Source: a virus
Taxonomy: Duplodnaviria > Caudoviricetes
Length of the DNA stretch: 55,417 nt
Strand: one strand, 5' to 3'
IMG/VR virus record: IMGVR_UViG_3300025674_000052
Location: 1 to 55,417 of that record
The notes below the pieces were generated by a model. It saw only the letters and a list, made by a program, of their open reading frames with translations, was not told where the DNA came from and made no database searches. Below, one piece after another: positions 35,220 through 43,629 of the stretch. How positions within the stretch are numbered: the first letter of the stretch is position 1; each line of letters starts with the position of its first letter. The position numbers and the translations under genes are program-made.

Positions 35220-36635
35220 TCAGCGGACGCCCTTCAAGACCCCTGAGACCAGTTCCTCCCTCCGGCCCAAAACGCGGTAGACGACCTCGTCGATGGTCTC
35301 CCTGGCGTGAACGTGGTAGTAGGTCACTGGCCGGCCCTGCCCTGGCCGATGGACGCGGGCAAGGCTCTGGAGGTAGAGCCCGAGGTTGAACCCAGTGCTC
35401 AGGTAGACGCAGATCCGGGCTCGGGTCAGGTCGATGCCTTCAGCGCCGCTCGCGATCTGGACGACAAGCACGCGGGCTCCGCCGTTGCGCCACAGCTCCA
35501 GGTCGTTCGCCTCGCCGGACAGCTCCGCAACACTGGTGCCGGCCAGGGCTGCCGCCTCGCGCGTCACGCGGATGTCTTGGCGGAACTGCCCGAAGACCAC
35601 GACCGGCTCGTCGGTGCTTTCTAGGATGTCGATCAGCGCCTGCTTCTTCGCCGTACACACCTCGACCTCCTCTCGGTCTTCGTGGCCCAGCAGGTTCGCT
35701 ACCAGCGAGGCATCGTCTGTGCCGGTGGGCTCGTTCCGCTCAACGACGGCGAGTCCGCTGCACAGTTGCTGCATCCTGAGGAGCCGCACGAGGCCGTTCT
35801 GCGCGTTGATCTCGCCCTCCGCGATGGCGGCCTGGAGGTCGTTCGCGAGGGCGTCGTATAGCCTCCTGGCCTTGCTGTCGAGGTCCACTGTGATCGTCTC
35901 GTGACGAGCCTCCGGCAGGTTGAGCTGCACAGCATCGTCAGGCGGGCTGTGCATGAGGGCCGACATCCGGTCAGTCATCTCCTCTTGGCGCTGGTAGCCG
36001 ACGACCTGCTTCGCCTTGTACCCGCCCATCTGGGCGTACCGTGCGCGGAACGACACGAAGCTCCGCCCGAATACGCTGGGGTCCAGCGTGCGGAACTGGG
36101 CGAAGACGTCCATCGGGGAGTGCGGCATAGGCGTACCCGAGAGCATGACCACGCGCCCGGCGGTCTGCGTGAGCCGCGCTGCCGCCTTGCTGGTCTTGCC
36201 GTGCGGGCTCTTCAGTTTCTGGGCCTCGTCGAAGACCACGAGGTCGAAGGCGACGGTCCTGAGCCACGCGGTCGCCTCGCGGGACAGCAGCATCTGGTAG
36301 TTGATGACGGCGACGAACGGCGCTCGGTCGTACCGGGCTCGCTCGTACTGCTTCTTCATGCCGCCGACGCGGGCCTTCACGCTGCGGCCCAGCTTGGTCG
36401 CGGGTGCGACTCGCCAGGGCCGCTCGCTCCAGGTCGAGAACTGGTTCGGCCACACAGACGCGACCACGCTCTTGGGCGCGACGATCAGGACAGCCTGAGC
36501 GTGCGTTTCGTCGGCGGCGCTGACAACGCAACGGCTCTTGCCTGCGCCCATCGTCAGGTGCAGGTAGCTCGCTCGGCGCTCGCGCACCCAGTCGATGGCG
36601 GCACGCTGATGCGGCCAAGGCTCGGGGATCGGCAT
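35220..36635 (-). CDS. SNF2-family (SF2) helicase, 471 aa
   Basis: MGAGKS, VFDEAQ, LSGTP, GAEGIDL and QSLARVHRPGQ motifs. Confidence 0.92.
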   Translation of the reverse strand: MPIPEPWPHQRAAIDWVRERRASYLHLTMGAGKSRCVVSAADETHAQAVLIVAPKSVVASVWPNQFSTWSERPWRVAPATKLGRSVKARVGGMKKQYERARYDRAPFVAVINYQMLLSREATAWLRTVAFDLVVFDEAQKLKSPHGKTSKAAARLTQTAGRVVMLSGTPMPHSPMDVFAQFRTLDPSVFGRSFVSFRARYAQMGGYKAKQVVGYQRQEEMTDRMSALMHSPPDDAVQLNLPEARHETITVDLDSKARRLYDALANDLQAAIAEGEINAQNGLVRLLRMQQLCSGLAVVERNEPTGTDDASLVANLLGHEDREEVEVCTAKKQALIDILESTDEPVVVFGQFRQDIRVTREAAALAGTSVAELSGEANDLELWRNGGARVLVVQIASGAEGIDLTRARICVYLSTGFNLGLYLQSLARVHRPGQGRPVTYYHVHARETIDEVVYRVLGRREELVSGVLKGVR

Positions 36636-36961
36636 CAGCGAGCGAACACGACCTTCATGTCGTCGAAGTCTCGGGCGAGGTCCTTGGGCTTGATCCTCCT
36701 GCCGAGCTTCTCGGTCAGGAGCTGAGCGACGGCTGCGGCCTGATCGACGGTGGGCTTCCTCCCCACGCGGGCGGATTGCCAGCAATACACGAGGTGCGTC
36801 GAGACGCCGATCTCCTGAGCCATCTGGGCCGGACTAAAGCCAGCCATCTGAGCGAGGAACTTGTAGGTGCCTGGGCTCCACTCCGCGCGTTCGAGCCGGG
36901 GTCGCCCGACTCGTGCGGGCTTGCTGGCGGTCTTGCGGGGAGTCTTCTTGCGGGTCGTCAT
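36635..36961 (-). CDS. Cro/CI-like HTH transcriptional regulator, 108 aa
   Basis: SPAQMAQEIGVSTHLVYCWQS..RKP HTH pattern. Divergent from P6. Confidence 0.7.
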   Translation of the reverse strand: MTTRKKTPRKTASKPARVGRPRLERAEWSPGTYKFLAQMAGFSPAQMAQEIGVSTHLVYCWQSARVGRKPTVDQAAAVAQLLTEKLGRRIKPKDLARDFDDMKVVFAR

Positions 36962-37050
36962 AGGGCTTGGCCGGCGCTGCCGGCGTCTCGGGGTGATCTG
37001 CACGGCCTCCATCATGGGGCGGTGCTGGGCGTTCAACAAGCCCCAGAGCG

Positions 37051-37161
37051 CCTTTTCGGAAAATACCCTTGCGAATGCCTCGCTGAGGTCCGATGGTTGT
37101 GTCAGTGCCGGTCACCGGCGCAGCAACAACAACACCGACCCTTAGCCAACGAGGTTCCACG
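37051..37161 (+). promoter_or_regulatory. Promoter-hairpin cassette P6
   Basis: TTTTCGGAAAA, TTGCGA (37069-37074), N17, GATGGT, a different hairpin GTGCCGG-TCA-CCGGCGC, then CAGCAAC. Confidence 0.7.
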
Positions 37162-38451
37162 ATGACTCCCTACACCTGCTTCTCTTCCTCTCACCAGGGC
37201 TGCGGCTCTGTCCACCGCACCCTCAAGGCCGCCTACGGATGCTGCAAGGTCGCAGAAACGCGATTCGGTGAGGTGCGCCAGCCGGTGCCCGTCGCCAGCC
37301 GTGCAGAGAAGGACGAGAAGTACCCGGCATCCGAGGCGGCTGCTGCTCGTTACGCCGAGTGGGCCGCGAAGAACGGCGTCAACACGAAGGGCAAGCCGAC
37401 TGCCTCCAGCGAAGCGCCTTCCGCCGAGCCCGCTCAGGAGCCCGAGCCCGCTGAGGCGGAGGCGGGTCCGGGCGCTCTCAACGGCGCGGACATCGCCGTT
37501 GCCGCTGCCGCTGCGGCTGCGACCGACGCCCACCCGCTCGCCGGCCTCGCGGAGCAGCTCCAGCCGCTCCTGGCTCCGCCGATCATCGAGGACGTCTGCG
37601 GCTCCGTCCAGACGATGCTCGACTCCGCGATGAAGCAGGTCGAGGTCAAGCCGAAGGTGATCGAGGTCGTCACGCCCGACGCTGAGCCGGTGCAGATCGA
37701 AGGCGACCAGCATGAGAATTTCGAGCTGCTCCTCAAGCTCGTCGGCGCTGGCGAGAACGTGTTCATGTCCGGCCCTGCCGGCTCGGGCAAGACGACCGGC
37801 GCGAAGAACGTCGCGGAGGCGCTCGGCTTGGACTTGATCGTCCAGCCGGTCGCCCTCGACAAGTTCGAGGCCACGGGCTTCGTCGACGCTGGCGGCAGCT
37901 ACCGCGAGTCGGCGGTGTACCGCTGGGCCACCTCCGAGAAGCCGGCGCTCCTCCTGCTCGACGAGGTGGACGGCTGGATGCCTCAGGCGCTCGTCGCCCT
38001 CAACCCGATCCTCGACAATTGCCTTGGCATCTTCCCTGGCGGTCAGCAGTTCGAGATCGACCCTCGCCACCGGGTCATCGCCACGGCGAACACCTGGGGC
38101 CTCGGTGCCGACGCCGAGTACGTCGGGCGGAACCGCCTCGACGCGGCCTCGCTCGATCGGTTCGGCGCTCGCATCGGCTGGGGCTACGACGAGAAGTTTG
38201 AGCGCAAGATGGTCAAGGCCAAGTTCGGCCACGAGATCGGAAAGGCCGCCGTGGACGCCTCCCTGCAGGTCCGCAAGCGCCTGAAGGACACCGGCACGAA
38301 GGTGCTCTGGGGGCCTCGCCAGACGCTCGGGCTGGCAGCCCGACTCGCGGCCAAGTTCACCCTCGCTGAGGCGTTCGAGGTTTCCGCCCTGGCTCAGCTT
38401 GCGGACGCCAACCGCAAGCGCATCCTCGAAGGTATCGCTGGCGCGAGCTGA
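37162..38451 (+). CDS. MoxR/CbbQ/CobS-like AAA+ ATPase with an N-terminal Cys/His motif, 429 aa
   Basis: GPAGSGKT, LLLDEVD, IATANTWG, YVGRNRLDAASLDRF motifs. Confidence 0.88.
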   Translation: MTPYTCFSSSHQGCGSVHRTLKAAYGCCKVAETRFGEVRQPVPVASRAEKDEKYPASEAAAARYAEWAAKNGVNTKGKPTASSEAPSAEPAQEPEPAEAEAGPGALNGADIAVAAAAAAATDAHPLAGLAEQLQPLLAPPIIEDVCGSVQTMLDSAMKQVEVKPKVIEVVTPDAEPVQIEGDQHENFELLLKLVGAGENVFMSGPAGSGKTTGAKNVAEALGLDLIVQPVALDKFEATGFVDAGGSYRESAVYRWATSEKPALLLLDEVDGWMPQALVALNPILDNCLGIFPGGQQFEIDPRHRVIATANTWGLGADAEYVGRNRLDAASLDRFGARIGWGYDEKFERKMVKAKFGHEIGKAAVDASLQVRKRLKDTGTKVLWGPRQTLGLAARLAAKFTLAEAFEVSALAQLADANRKRILEGIAGAS

Positions 38452-38473
38452 TTCTCGCGCGGTGTGTTGTTGC

Positions 38474-38514
38474 GGCGGCGGCGGTCCTTCGGGGTCGTCG
38501 CCGCCTTTCTTTTT
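38474..38514 (+). terminator. Rho-independent terminator
   Basis: GC-rich stem with a TTCG loop followed by TTTCTTTTT. Confidence 0.75.
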
Positions 38515-38561
38515 CGGAAAAGGCCCTTGCGAGATCCTGCGGAGTTGCCGATGGTTAGGTC
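38510..38561 (+). promoter_or_regulatory. Promoter P7 (predicted leaderless transcript)
   Basis: TTGCGA (38527-38532), N17, GATGGT (38550-38555), 6 nt, then ATG at 38562. Confidence 0.7.
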
Positions 38562-39551
38562 ATGCAGAAGCAACAGCACACCCCCTCCACCGTCATGGTC
38601 TCCGACGAAGACGGCTCGCAGCACCGCTGCCTCAACGGAAACGTCCTCGCGGACATCTTCGCCAACTCGCCCGTCTACCGTCGCGAGACCCCTCCCGAGA
38701 CCATCGCGCCTGACCTCAGCCGGATTGGCTACGAGGCCAACGGCGAGCGCATCGTGCGCGTCTTCGGGGACTACGAGTCGGCCTTGGCTCGCATGGAGGA
38801 CATCTGGGGCACCCGCGACCAAGACACCCTCAAGGGCTTGCTGGCTGACCGCTACAAGCCCGTGCTCGGCGCAACGAAGGCTGCGGAGGCGCTCTTCGAT
38901 CGCGTGCAGCGCGAGGTCCCCATCGAGACCCTGCGCTCGCAGATGGAGGCGTCCGTCTGCGGCGGCTCTCCTCGCATCGGCGCGTACCTCGCCAACGAGC
39001 CACTCTCGATGAACCGCTTCGTCAGCCAGCTCAACGAGCAGGGCGCGATCCGAGTCTTCTACGATCTGAGCACCTCCGCCTCGACGGCGTCAGACACCGT
39101 GCTCGGTCGCGGCGTTGCCGCCCTGGCCTTGGTCACCTGCCTCCAGCAGGTCCGCCCGGTGGAGCTGTGGATCACGACCAGCGGCACCGCTCGGAGCGCC
39201 TCAGGCGGCCAGTGCCACACCCTCTTCGGCCTCCGCCTCAGCACAGCACCGCTCGACCTGTCGGTTGCGTCTCGCGCCCTAGCGGACTACCGGATGCGGA
39301 ACTTCCTCTACCGGGGCGAGATGCGGATGATCGGCGCTGGGTTGCACGAGCCGAGCCGCCTCGCATGGTCCCCGATCCCTTACGCTGTCAAGTGTGGCGC
39401 GACCCCGAACGACATCGTGATCGGGCCACACAAGGAGGGCGAGAAGAACAGCGTCTCCCCGACGCACTCGCCGGTGGACTGGATCAAACGGGAACTTGAA
39501 CTGTGGCTGACGAACAGCGGGAACAGCGCGGCGATGGCCTCGCTCGGGTGA
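38562..39551 (+). CDS. vWA/CobT-like partner of the AAA+ ATPase, 329 aa
   Basis: MIDAS-like RVFYDLSTSAS motif, adjacent to the MoxR-type ATPase. Confidence 0.65.
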   Translation: MQKQQHTPSTVMVSDEDGSQHRCLNGNVLADIFANSPVYRRETPPETIAPDLSRIGYEANGERIVRVFGDYESALARMEDIWGTRDQDTLKGLLADRYKPVLGATKAAEALFDRVQREVPIETLRSQMEASVCGGSPRIGAYLANEPLSMNRFVSQLNEQGAIRVFYDLSTSASTASDTVLGRGVAALALVTCLQQVRPVELWITTSGTARSASGGQCHTLFGLRLSTAPLDLSVASRALADYRMRNFLYRGEMRMIGAGLHEPSRLAWSPIPYAVKCGATPNDIVIGPHKEGEKNSVSPTHSPVDWIKRELELWLTNSGNSAAMASLG

Positions 39552-39793
39552 GCGCGGAATGGCAAGCCCAGCTCCTCCGGCACGCGCTCGAACACGCGGC
39601 GGAGGGGCTGGCTCACATTCAGGAGGCGTCTGCTGCGCTCCAGGCGGCGTTGGACGGCTCGCCGGGCTCAGCGGTCGCGGAAGCGCCCGGATCGCCTGAG
39701 GGCGAACCCAGGGCGCTTCTGCGGATAGGCGACGTCGAGCTTGTCGACGGCGACGAGGGCGTGGAGCTTCGCCCGGCTACTCCGGCACGGTGA
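39548..39793 (+). CDS. Hypothetical protein, 81 aa
   Basis: GTGA coupling with the upstream gene. Confidence 0.5.
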   Translation: MSAEWQAQLLRHALEHAAEGLAHIQEASAALQAALDGSPGSAVAEAPGSPEGEPRALLRIGDVELVDGDEGVELRPATPAR

Positions 39794-40031
39794 CCGGGGC
39801 GCTCGGGTCGTCTGCCACGATGGCTCGAAGGAGGGCGCTCTCGCCCCTCCAGGTCTCGTACTCGACGGCGTTCATGTCGTTATGCTGAACGGCAAGATCC
39901 AGAAGCTCGTCGAACTTGCCGGTGACGGCTTCCACGCTGGGGGCGATGGCGTCTCGGCGGATCATCCCCTTCCCGCCAGGGCAGGCGGTCAGAAGGAGGC
40001 ACGCGGCTGCTGCGGTGAGGGCTCGTCTCAT
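39777..40031 (-). CDS. Lipoprotein, 84 aa (possibly spanin-like)
   Basis: Signal and lipobox MRRALTAAAACLLLTAC, at the end of the late operon. Confidence 0.65.
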   Translation of the reverse strand: MRRALTAAAACLLLTACPGGKGMIRRDAIAPSVEAVTGKFDELLDLAVQHNDMNAVEYETWRGESALLRAIVADDPSAPVTVPE

Positions 40032-40240
40032 TTCTTCCTCGGGGCCTTCTTGGCCGGCTCGGGCTTCTCCTGCGTGACGGCTCGGTAGCCGAGCACGCCG
40101 ACCACGGCGGCGATGATGGTGCCGCCGGCGGTCTGGGTCGTGACGTCTTCGGCCTTGCCGCCCATGACGAGGAGCACTGCTCCAGTCACGAGGGCGGCGA
40201 TGGACAGGCCGTAGCGTTGCTTGGGGCTGAGGTCACTCAT
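40028..40240 (-). CDS. Holin-like two-TM protein, 70 aa
   Basis: Two hydrophobic helices and a basic C-terminal tail. Confidence 0.55.
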   Translation of the reverse strand: MSDLSPKQRYGLSIAALVTGAVLLVMGGKAEDVTTQTAGGTIIAAVVGVLGYRAVTQEKPEPAKKAPRKK

Positions 40241-41222
40241 CGGTGTCAATCGGCACGACTGCCGTGCGTACGTCTGCGGTGGCCTGGATCGGCTGGCTGC
40301 CAGTTCTCTGGCGTGCGGCATACAACGCCTCTCCCACGCGGAGCATCGCCTCAGCGGTGTAGTGGGCGTCGTCCGTCTTCAGGGTGAAGTCGTTACCGTC
40401 AATGACCTGCGCTGGGTTGGGCGTGATTTGCAGGAATCGGTCGTACTGGTCTCGGACGTCGCGGATGTCCTGAAGCCCAGTCGTGGCATTGACCTGCGCG
40501 TTGATGATGTATTGCACCGGCGGCTTCACGCCGACAAACGGGAGGCTGCCTCGCGGCACGGAAAGATAGAACTCCGTGGCGGCGACCATGTCCTGGAGGC
40601 CCCCAGCGACCATGAACCGAGTCTTCTGCGAGGCGAAAGCTCCTGGCACTGCAACAGTGCCAGGGTCGTAGGCGGCGGTCTCGTCTCCGAGGTAGTAGAA
40701 CCCGTCGTACAGGATCCGGTCGATGCTTGGGTCGTCCTGAAGGTTCTGGATCGCCTCGGTCATGTATCCCTCCGCGAAGATTTGCCACAGCGGAGTGTCG
40801 GAGACGTTCTCGCTGCCTGGGTGGATCGCGCTGTTCGGGCTCACCTCCGTCGCGGTGTCGAGAGGGCATCGCATCGTGCTGAACGCGAACTGGATGATGT
40901 AGACGTTCTTGGGCGCGGAGACCGGCTGGCCTTTGGCTGCGGGCGAATAGAACCGCTCGTAATACTTCCTGCCGATGGCGTAAGGCGGAGCCATCCCGGT
41001 GGCCTGGAAGTTCCGCGTGCTCGTCATGTCCTCCCAGTCGTAGCTGCCGTTGAGGTTGCCCTTGTTGCCGCTGTTGTACCGCCCCCACATCTTGATGTTG
41101 GGCAAGGTCGCCGGCGTCAGCGTGTCGCTGACAACCAGATCGTTGTCGGTCTGCCACCCCGCCATGTTGGAGGAGCCGACGCACATGATGACCAGCGCGT
41201 CTCGGTCGGTGTATTGGGTCAT
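40233..41222 (-). CDS. SGNH / sialate O-acetylesterase-like hydrolase, 329 aa
   Basis: Block I VGSSNMAG (GQSNM-like), YLGDET and C-terminal DDAHY (DxxH). Confidence 0.7.
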   Translation of the reverse strand: MTQYTDRDALVIMCVGSSNMAGWQTDNDLVVSDTLTPATLPNIKMWGRYNSGNKGNLNGSYDWEDMTSTRNFQATGMAPPYAIGRKYYERFYSPAAKGQPVSAPKNVYIIQFAFSTMRCPLDTATEVSPNSAIHPGSENVSDTPLWQIFAEGYMTEAIQNLQDDPSIDRILYDGFYYLGDETAAYDPGTVAVPGAFASQKTRFMVAGGLQDMVAATEFYLSVPRGSLPFVGVKPPVQYIINAQVNATTGLQDIRDVRDQYDRFLQITPNPAQVIDGNDFTLKTDDAHYTAEAMLRVGEALYAARQRTGSQPIQATADVRTAVVPIDTDE

Positions 41223-41223
41223 G

Positions 41224-41574
41224 TCAGGGTGCGGCGATCGTTGCGCCTTTGGTCATGAGGGTCGTGATGATCCGCAGGCTGACTCCTGCGGCCTTGCTGA
41301 CGACGGCGTAGAACGTGTCCCACGCGGCGTCGTTGGCGCGGATGCGTTGCAGCTCCGCGAGCAGTCGCGCCTGTCGCCCGGCGCTCGCGAGGATGTCTTC
41401 GTTTCCTGTCTGGTGAGCGTAGATCACCTGCGCGGCGAGCCTGTTCGCGAAGAGGTTGAGGTCCTGCTGGCCCACCTCCAGGAACTCTCTCGCGGCCTCG
41501 CGGATGAGAGTCTCAATCTCCCCGAGGACGTCTCCGCCCTCCATGAGGTTCGCGATATCAGAGGTGTCGGTCAT
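41224..41574 (-). CDS. Hypothetical helical protein, 116 aa
   Basis: ATGA-coupled operon member. Confidence 0.65.
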   Translation of the reverse strand: MTDTSDIANLMEGGDVLGEIETLIREAAREFLEVGQQDLNLFANRLAAQVIYAHQTGNEDILASAGRQARLLAELQRIRANDAAWDTFYAVVSKAAGVSLRIITTLMTKGATIAAP

Positions 41575-41942
41575 TTCGTGAAGAAGGTGATGATGGCAAT
41601 GACGAGCGCCGTGATCGAGCTGAGCACGGCTGGGATCATGGCTGCGCGGAAGGTCGCCGTCAGCCTTCGCCGCTCGGCGCTGGATGCTTTCTGGTCCTGC
41701 ACGAAGGTCTCAATCATCATGGTGAGCTGCGGCACCGCCTGCGAGAGCGGAGGCTGCTGCCCTCGACCGGTCAGCACGATCTCATCGAGCACCTGCACCG
41801 TGTCGGCAACGTGCTTGATCTCGACCTTGATCTCGGCCATGTCAAGCGAAACGGCCTTCAGCGTCTCGCTGTCTTTGTCGAGTTGCCTGGACAGACTCTT
41901 AATGAGGGCCGCCAGCTCGTCGTGGGTCATTTCAGGCATCAC
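41571..41942 (-). CDS. Coiled-coil protein with a C-terminal TM helix, 123 aa (possible lysis accessory)
   Basis: Heptad region followed by a hydrophobic C-terminus. Confidence 0.6.
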   Translation of the reverse strand: MMPEMTHDELAALIKSLSRQLDKDSETLKAVSLDMAEIKVEIKHVADTVQVLDEIVLTGRGQQPPLSQAVPQLTMMIETFVQDQKASSAERRRLTATFRAAMIPAVLSSITALVIAIITFFTK

Positions 41943-43210
41943 GAGTACGTCAGGGCCTGCACTGCCGCAAGCGTCGTGGGGAGGTTGCTGGTCTGCACCG
42001 CTGTCTGGGCCATGCCCGCCGACCCGGCGCGTGTCGCCTTCCAGTTACCGTTGGCACCGTAGACGGTGTAGACGTAGCCGTTGGTAGCGTCGAAGAACTG
42101 GTTCTGCGGGAGGACGTTGCGCCCCTGGTGCTTGATGGAATCCTCGAAGTCGGCGCTGCCGCTCGGCGTGATCGTCCAGTTCGTCGTGCCCTGATTCACG
42201 CCACTAAGATCGCCGTAGTATTCGCCGCCAAGGCAGGTCACCAGCGGACCCTGCGAAAGGCTCATCCGCGTACCGAAGTAGCTGATGTTCGATACCCCGA
42301 CGCGATTGCCTGTATCCGACGATTGCGGCGTCATGGTCAACTCGATGTCGGTCACGTAGTTGCCGCCAAGCTGCACGGACCAACTGTTGATGTACGTCTG
42401 GTTCTGCGGGCTTGAGCTGTGCTCCTTACGCACCGTGCGGGTCGTCCAGTTGCCATTCCGGTCCTTCGTGCGAGCGGTCATGGCGGTCGGCGTCCATGCG
42501 GAATAGAACGAGACCAGCACCCATCCCTGCGCGTAGGTGAAGCCGTTGCTGCTCGTCAGCCCGTTCGTTGTGAAGTTGATGTTCAACACAGCGTCTGGGT
42601 CGCCCGCGTTCGCCATCGTCACGGCGGACCAGACTTGGTTGAACATCGCGTTCTTCGAGTTTTCCGACAGCGTGCTGCCATTTAGCGTGCAGTGCAGTTC
42701 GCTGGACCTGCCGAGGAAGCGGCAGTTGTAGAACGTGTTGAGCGGCTTTCGTGGGAAGCCGAAGTAGGCCCCGCTGATCGTCTGCCCAGTCCAGGGCTTC
42801 AGCGGTTCCTGCGCCCCCTCGTTGTACAGGAACTTTGCTTCAAGACTGGGTTCCAACTTTGCGGTGGTCACGTTGCCGGTCGCAATCTTGTCTGCCGTCA
42901 CTGCGCCAGTGTCGATCTTGATGGAACTTATCGAGTAGCTGCCGATCTTGTCCTGGGTGACGGCACCACTGGCGAGCTTGGCTGTCGTAATCGCACCGTC
43001 GCTTACGGTCGTGGTGCCAGAAGGCCCCTGTGGCCCCTGAGGCCCTTGCGGACCCTGCGGACCCTGCGGACCCGTACCAGCGGACGCGAACTCAAGGGAG
43101 CCGTCTGCTCCCGCACGCAAGAACAGGCCGTCGTTCAAGGCGCTGGCGTCAGGCATCCCGGTGCGGCGCTTCATGCGCTGCAGGGCATCTCTGCTAGGGT
43201 TCGTCGCCAT
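41939..43210 (-). CDS. Tail fibre-like protein with a collagen (GPQ)n segment, 423 aa
   Basis: GPQ repeats and GAVT..KI 10-mer fibre repeats. The C-terminal domain appears lower in GC. Confidence 0.75.
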   Translation of the reverse strand: MATNPSRDALQRMKRRTGMPDASALNDGLFLRAGADGSLEFASAGTGPQGPQGPQGPQGPQGPSGTTTVSDGAITTAKLASGAVTQDKIGSYSISSIKIDTGAVTADKIATGNVTTAKLEPSLEAKFLYNEGAQEPLKPWTGQTISGAYFGFPRKPLNTFYNCRFLGRSSELHCTLNGSTLSENSKNAMFNQVWSAVTMANAGDPDAVLNINFTTNGLTSSNGFTYAQGWVLVSFYSAWTPTAMTARTKDRNGNWTTRTVRKEHSSSPQNQTYINSWSVQLGGNYVTDIELTMTPQSSDTGNRVGVSNISYFGTRMSLSQGPLVTCLGGEYYGDLSGVNQGTTNWTITPSGSADFEDSIKHQGRNVLPQNQFFDATNGYVYTVYGANGNWKATRAGSAGMAQTAVQTSNLPTTLAAVQALTYS

Positions 43211-43629
43211 CAGTAGATTGAGGTCCCCCTTGTCCGAACAACGTAGCCCGTGATTTTGAGGCGGCCTACATCTGCGGCGTCGACGTAGCCGGTGATCGTC
43301 GTGGTGTTGCTGCCCCGCAGGCGGAAGGAGTCCCCTTGTAGCACCCAGAGGCTGTCATGCTGCGGGATGATGACATCCGTGGTTACGCTGTCGATGGCGG
43401 AGGTGCTCGTGTCGTCGGATGGGTTTAGGACAAGGCTGAGCGTGACGTTATGGGCGCTCGCGTTGTGGACCTGCACCCAGACCGAATCAACGTGCCCGGC
43501 GGTCACATGATGAATCGGCGTGACGTCTGCCGCGTTGGTGTAGTCGGCATCCACGCTGATCGCCCCTCCACTGCTCGCGGCGCTTAGGTGATCTCGGCGG
43601 CTGTCTTGTTCGTTGAGCTGGATCGGCAT
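43210..43629 (-). CDS. Hypothetical tail-associated protein, 139 aa
   Basis: TGATG-coupled between the gpJ-like and fibre genes. Confidence 0.65.
   Translation of the reverse strand: MPIQLNEQDSRRDHLSAASSGGAISVDADYTNAADVTPIHHVTAGHVDSVWVQVHNASAHNVTLSLVLNPSDDTSTSAIDSVTTDVIIPQHDSLWVLQGDSFRLRGSNTTTITGYVDAADVGRLKITGYVVRTRGTSIY

Noticed and set aside
43020-43075. 9-bp tandem DNA repeat as a regulatory or phase-variable locus
   Set aside because: It is explained by the collagen-like GPQ coding repeat of the fibre gene.
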